Shown: one piece after another, positions 34,193 to 38,083 of the stretch | How positions within the stretch are numbered: the first letter of the stretch is position 1 | How the letters are laid out: each line of letters starts with the position of its first letter | Assembly (NCBI GenBank): GCA_036511185.1 | Contig: DATCCQ010000254.1 | Location: forward strand, 1 to 38,083 | Source: Gaiellaceae bacterium | Lineage (GTDB): Bacteria; Actinomycetota; Thermoleophilia; Gaiellales; Gaiellaceae | Length of the DNA stretch: 38,083 bases | Direction: 5' to 3' | Translations under genes and position numbers: made by a program | Notes under the pieces: model-generated | Database searches by the model: none | Told to the model about the DNA's origin: nothing | What the model saw: only the letters and a program-made list of their open reading frames with translations

Positions 34193-35481
34193 GCGACGGT
34201 CGCTTTCGCTCGCGCTTGCTTGGCCAGCTCGAGTAGCGCAGGCGCCAGCGCGGTCTCGCCCTCCAGCGGCACCAGCTCGTTGTCGATGAGCCCAACCTCC
34301 CGTCCACGCGCCACCGCAGCCTCGATCACAACGTCAACGGCGGCCGCCTTCAGCTCGACCAGGAAAACCTCGGCGTCGATCTGGGCCAACTCTTCGGCCA
34401 GTTCCTGGCGCCGGGCGAGATTGCCCGAGACGTGAACCACCTCGGCGCCGTGAGCGCGCTCCAGATGCTCGCCGAGCGAGCGAAGCGCCTTCTTCGGCGC
34501 TGTGGTGAAGAGCGCCACCTTCTTCCCGGCGACGGGCGCGAGCGGACGCGGGCGCATCGAGGTGGCGATCACCGGCAGATCGGGTCGCAGCGCGGCGATT
34601 GCGGCGCGAAGCTGATCGAGGCGCTCACCGGGCTCGGCGAAGCTCAGCACGAGCAGGTCGGAGATGAGAATGCGGTAGGCGTTCAGGTAGCCGCAGGCCA
34701 GCTCTGCGTCCTGGTGCGCGCTCACGACGAGCACGCGCCGATCAGTGGCGATCGGCGGCAAGGAAGCACCGCTTCCCTCGAAGATGACCAGCTCGGGATG
34801 GCGCTCGAGCGCCAGCTCAGCTGCCTGGGCCACGTTCGAATACCCGACCGCGCCTGCCAGGCCGCCGCCGCAACGGCGCGCCCCGACGCTGACGATCTCG
34901 CCCAGCAGGGCGTCCTCCAGATAGTCCGAAGCCGCGTGCTGACCCGAGCGAGCGAGCTCGAGTAGCTCCTCGACGCTCGGCGGAGTCTCGCGCAGCTCCG
35001 GCTCGGGCGGTCCGCCCCGCCCCATCGCCACAACTACGACGTCGAGCTGCTGCGCGCAAACACGGGCCAGCTGTATTGCCAGCGCCGTCTTCCCAACCCG
35101 CTTGCCGGTGCCGATCACACTCAGGCTGGGAAGGGCGAAAGGTTCGAGAGCAGGCGGATTAAAGCGGAAATCCGCGCCCACGTAGGGCAGCCCGAGCGCC
35201 AGCACGCGACTCACCTCAGCCAGACGTTCGCGCGGGCCTAGAACGGGCTCGTCCGAAAGATCGACAACGAGCTCGGGCGAGTAGCTCTCGACCCCCTGCT
35301 CGATCGAGGCGGCGAGCGGAACACCGTAGAGCTCTTCGCCCGTCTGCGCCGGCGAGCGAAGCTTCTCTCCGCCGCCCACGTTGACGCAGCAGACGAACTC
35401 GTAGGGCAGAGCGCTCAGCGCATCGCGCACGACCCGCGGATAGTGCTCGCCGTCGATCAGCGCGAGCGCAGCGGCCTTCAT
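34189..35481 (-). CDS. cpgS: cyclic 2,3-diphosphoglycerate synthetase-like protein
   Basis: 430 aa. The conserved blocks are LIDGEHYP, DLSDEPVL, GTGKRVGKTA (P-loop), VAMGRGGPPEPE, HAASDYLEDAL, RRCGGG, EGSGASLPP, LFTTAP and ELKAAAVDV. They match my recollection of the methanogen cDPGS family. It is adjacent to a 2PGK-like gene. Confidence 0.7.
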   Translation of the reverse strand: MKAAALALIDGEHYPRVVRDALSALPYEFVCCVNVGGGEKLRSPAQTGEELYGVPLAASIEQGVESYSPELVVDLSDEPVLGPRERLAEVSRVLALGLPYVGADFRFNPPALEPFALPSLSVIGTGKRVGKTALAIQLARVCAQQLDVVVVAMGRGGPPEPELRETPPSVEELLELARSGQHAASDYLEDALLGEIVSVGARRCGGGLAGAVGYSNVAQAAELALERHPELVIFEGSGASLPPIATDRRVLVVSAHQDAELACGYLNAYRILISDLLVLSFAEPGERLDQLRAAIAALRPDLPVIATSMRPRPLAPVAGKKVALFTTAPKKALRSLGEHLERAHGAEVVHVSGNLARRQELAEELAQIDAEVFLVELKAAAVDVVIEAAVARGREVGLIDNELVPLEGETALAPALLELAKQARAKATVA

Positions 35482-36284
35482 CGAGTAGTGACCTCGTCCT
35501 CGATCGACGTGGTGTACTTGTGGAACTCGAGCGTGTCGGTATCGAACTCGATGATGCGCTCGATTCCGTGGAAGGGGTAGTGGCGATCGACCTCGATCCT
35601 CTTCCCGCTGAGCTTGATCACGTTGTAACAGGGCCTGATGTTTCCGCGCAGTCGCAGCGACGAGACCGTCCCCGCGTTAACGACGAACAGACTCTCCAGC
35701 TTCCAGGCATAGGGAACGTGCTTGTGGCCGCACAGAACGAGATTTACGCCCGCGCGCTGCAGGCACTCGATCGCGTCGCCGGCGTCGTGCACGATATTGC
35801 GCTCCCGGCCGGTACCGGGCACCGGCAACAGATGGTGATGGAGGACGAAGATGCGCAGCGAGGCCGAGCGCGCGAACTGCTCCTCGATCCAGCGGTAGCG
35901 GCCGCGCCCAATCTGCCCGTAGTCAAGATCGGGAGCGGTGGAGTCGATCGCGACGATGCTGACCGGGCCCTTGTGCAGGACGGAGTTGCGCTCACCGAAG
36001 AGCTGCTCGAAGTGGACGTAGCCGACGTTGCGAGCGTCGTGGTTGCCCGGGATGACGACCATGCTCGGGCACTCGATGCGATCGAGGTAGGCCCGCGCCT
36101 GCGCGTACTCGCCCTTGAAACCGAAGGAGGTCAAGTCGCCCGAGCAGACGACCACATCGGGTGCGAGATCGTTGATCTCCGAGATGGCACGCTCCAGCAG
36201 GTTGGGGGCGAAGTATTGTTCGCCGCAGTGCAGATCGGAAATCTGGGCGATTCTGAAAACGCGACCGTCGTTCCGGCCCGGCAT
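35478..36284 (-). CDS. calcineurin-like metallophosphoesterase (CpdA/class III phosphodiesterase-like)
   Basis: 268 aa with the full motif set D-x-H (ISDLHCG), GD (CSGDLTS), GNHD, HHH and GHKH. Its stop overlaps the cpgS-like start (ATGA). Confidence 0.88.
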   Translation of the reverse strand: MPGRNDGRVFRIAQISDLHCGEQYFAPNLLERAISEINDLAPDVVVCSGDLTSFGFKGEYAQARAYLDRIECPSMVVIPGNHDARNVGYVHFEQLFGERNSVLHKGPVSIVAIDSTAPDLDYGQIGRGRYRWIEEQFARSASLRIFVLHHHLLPVPGTGRERNIVHDAGDAIECLQRAGVNLVLCGHKHVPYAWKLESLFVVNAGTVSSLRLRGNIRPCYNVIKLSGKRIEVDRHYPFHGIERIIEFDTDTLEFHKYTTSIEDEVTTR

Positions 36285-36393
36285 GGCCGAAGTGTATGCC
36301 GCGCAGAGCAGTTGGGGAAATATCGGCTTCGCTCGAGCTCCCGCAAAGGTGGCGCTCGGTAGCGTCCGACCGTATTGCTACGCTTGCCTGTAG

Positions 36394-36762
36394 ATGGGCT
36401 TCGAAAGCGCCGATTTGCAGGCAGATCGCAGCTCCAAACCCCCCCGGTTCGCGAACCAGGCTGAGGTTGAATGCGCCCGCATCCTCGACTATTACCGAAT
36501 CGCCTGGGAGTACGAGCCCACCTCTTTCGTGCTCGAACGCGACGAGGAAGGCCGCGTCAGCGAGGCTTTCACGCCCGACTTCTACCTTCCCGAGCAGGAT
36601 CTCTACCTGGAGATCACGGTGATGAAACAGTCGCTCGTAACGCGCAAGAACCGCAAGCTGCGCAAGCTACGAGCGCTGTACCCCGGAGTACGCGTCAAGC
36701 TCTTCTACCGGCGCGACGTTCAGCGCCTGGCCGAGCGCTTTCGCCTCGATCTGGCCTCCTAA
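36394..36762 (+). CDS. small hypothetical protein, PD-(D/E)XK nuclease-like (tentative)
   Basis: 122 aa with high GC3. It has AEVECARILD (helix with Glu), then FTPDFYLPEQDLYLEITVMK, resembling the E...PD...ExK core of restriction-endonuclease-fold proteins. The C-terminus is basic. Confidence 0.5.
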   Translation: MGFESADLQADRSSKPPRFANQAEVECARILDYYRIAWEYEPTSFVLERDEEGRVSEAFTPDFYLPEQDLYLEITVMKQSLVTRKNRKLRKLRALYPGVRVKLFYRRDVQRLAERFRLDLAS

Positions 36763-36909
36763 AGCTCATAGAGCGGCGGCGGGACGCTTTCCTTCCAAAC
36801 CACGACATGAGCCCGGATCGGGAAGGATGTCGGAGTAGAGGAGGAAGAGACGACTGAGAGCCTAAGCATCGGTGAGGTCTATCTGCGGCGAGAGGAGATC
36901 GCCGACCGT

Positions 36910-37401
36910 GTGCACGAGCTCGGAGCCGAGATCGCCCGCGATTACTCGGATAGGGAGCCGATTCTGGTGGCGCCGCTCAAGGCAAGCGTGGTCTTCCTCG
37001 CCGATCTCTCACGTGCGCTCCCTATCCCGCATACGATCGACTTCGTCGAGCTGGCAGGCTTCACTGCGGCGGCCATGGGTGGGCAGCAACGGATCCGCCT
37101 GCTCAAGGATCTCGACATCGATGTCACAGGCCGTGACCTGATCGTGGTCGAGGACGTGGTCGACACGGGGCTCACGCTCAACTACCTAACGCGGGTTTTC
37201 GCGCTCCGCGCGCCCGCCTCGATCACCATCGCAACGCTCTTCGACCGTCCCTACCGACGCCTGGTCGACGACCTACCGGTTCGCTACGTCGGTTTCACGG
37301 TCCCGGACGAGCTCTTCGTCGGCTACGGCTTCGACCTCGCCGAGCGCTTCCGCAATCTCCCCGACATCCACCTCACGACAGGTAAGACAGCGGATCAATA
37401 G
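36910..37401 (+). CDS. hpt: hypoxanthine(-guanine) phosphoribosyltransferase
   Basis: PRPP-binding motif LIVVEDVVDTGLTL, C-terminal DELFVGYGFDLAERFRNLPDI. GTG 36910 is the first canonical start. Family-like N-terminal sequence continues upstream in frame (see finding), so the true start may be 36883 or 36868. Confidence 0.88.
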   Translation: MHELGAEIARDYSDREPILVAPLKASVVFLADLSRALPIPHTIDFVELAGFTAAAMGGQQRIRLLKDLDIDVTGRDLIVVEDVVDTGLTLNYLTRVFALRAPASITIATLFDRPYRRLVDDLPVRYVGFTVPDELFVGYGFDLAERFRNLPDIHLTTGKTADQ

Positions 37402-38083
37402 GCGCCCCGTTGACTCGCACCTCGAAATGCAGGTGCGGCCCGGTGGAGTGCCCGGTCGAGCCCACGTAGCCGACTACCTGACCGCGTGAAACCGTCTGCC
37501 CCGACGAGACAGCCAGCTGCGACTGATGCCCGTAGGCCGTGGCCAGCCCGTTTCCGTGATCAATGACGGTCAGGTTGCCGTAGCCGCCTTCCCAGCCCGC
37601 GTAATTCACCGTTCCGCTCGCGGCGGCATAGATCGGAGTCCCCTGCGCGGCGCCTATGTCGATGCCCTCGTGCATCCGTCCCCAACGCATGCCGTAGGGG
37701 CTGGTTAGTACGCCCTGAACCGGCCAGATCAGCCCGGCGGCTGAAGGCGTGGCGCTGGAATGGGAACCACTGCTGCGTAGACGGGCAGCAATGTTGGCGC
37801 TACCGGCCTGGAGCGCCGCGATATCGGCCAGCCAATTCGCTTTAGACTCACGCACGCTCGCCAGCGTCTCCTGCTTTGTCTTGCGCTCGTTGCGCAGTCG
37901 TGCGCGGTTCGAGCTCAGGCGATCGCGGGTCGCAAGCACGCGCGAGGCCTTAAGCACCACTATGTGCGTCTCCGTGTCGATACGTACGAGCAACCGATGC
38001 GTTCGATTGCGAATCGCAGTCCAGCGGTGCTTGACCCTCATTGCCTGCTCGGCGACATGCCGGTCGTGAGCCGAGACGGCCTC
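37373..38083 (-). CDS. M23-family metallopeptidase with N-terminal coiled coil (5' end probably outside the window)
   Basis: LytM-domain motifs HEGIDIGA, YGHQS and GHSTGPHLHFEV. The frame remains open from ATG 38041 to the window edge (…EAVSAHDRHVAEQA-M…). The upstream part is coiled-coil as in EnvC-like proteins, so the gene likely extends beyond 38083. It converges on hpt and overlaps it by 29 nt. Confidence 0.85.
   Translation of the reverse strand, partial: EAVSAHDRHVAEQAMRVKHRWTAIRNRTHRLLVRIDTETHIVVLKASRVLATRDRLSSNRARLRNERKTKQETLASVRESKANWLADIAALQAGSANIAARLRSSGSHSSATPSAAGLIWPVQGVLTSPYGMRWGRMHEGIDIGAAQGTPIYAAASGTVNYAGWEGGYGNLTVIDHGNGLATAYGHQSQLAVSSGQTVSRGQVVGYVGSTGHSTGPHLHFEVRVNGAPIDPLSYLS

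Noticed and set aside
33453-34307. 284-aa minus-strand ORF in an alternative frame across the 2PGK-like gene. The 296-aa ORF at 17581..18471 inside secDF is similar.
   Set aside because: The translations are Arg/Gly/Pro-rich nonsense. The overlapping frames have P-loop or SecDF motifs and better codon usage.
1-38083. CRISPR arrays, rRNA genes, prophage, integrase or transposase genes, toxin-antitoxin or restriction-modification modules.
   Set aside because: I saw no regularly spaced repeat arrays, no rRNA-like conserved stretches, and no ORF with recombinase, transposase or defence-system motifs. Apart from the 161-bp inverted-repeat element, the window looks like core chromosome.

Overview
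This is a visibly high-GC bacterial chromosomal window. GC was not computed. Gene content, including a PafBC-type regulator and ATGA-coupled operons, looks Actinomycetota-like; that placement is inference.

- **1-11.6 kb (minus strand):** a complete dcw cell-wall/division cluster, mraZ-rsmH-ftsL-ftsI-murE-murF-mraY-murD-ftsW-murG-murC (murC is cut by the window edge). Phased GTGGG repeats of the MraZ-operator type overlap a candidate promoter.
- **11.8-17.5 kb:** a mixed region with a PfkB sugar kinase, a SpoIIM-like membrane protein, Ogt, a tandem SH3-like protein, an OmpR-family regulator whose receiver has lost every phosphorylation residue, a UbiB/ABC1 kinase, and a coiled-coil protein. 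A 161-bp element with perfect 17-bp terminal inverted repeats sits at the coiled-coil gene's stop codon.
- **17.4-22.5 kb:** queA-tgt-(no yajC)-fused secDF.
- **22.5-26.3 kb:** a hypothetical coiled-coil protein, class II fructose-bisphosphate aldolase, and a canonical histidine kinase/response regulator pair.
- **26.4-30.6 kb:** two zinc-ribbon proteins (one with a TM segment, a Thr-rich linker and a SPOR-like domain), a small protein with a C-terminal Cys/His motif, and a naturally fused PafB-PafC (double HTH-WYL) regulator.
- **30.6-32.0 kb:** queG and a DUF59/SufT-like gene.
- **32.3-36.3 kb (most interesting):** a four-gene ATGA-coupled operon of metallophosphoesterase, cyclic 2,3-diphosphoglycerate synthetase-like, 2-phosphoglycerate kinase-like and GlpX. 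This is an archaeal-type cDPG thermoprotectant pathway in a bacterium, with a candidate hydrolase.
- **36.4-38.1 kb:** a small PD-(D/E)XK-like protein, hpt, and an M23 peptidase (partial).

I found no rRNA, tRNA or CRISPR array. All family calls come from motif recognition by eye, not from database searches.
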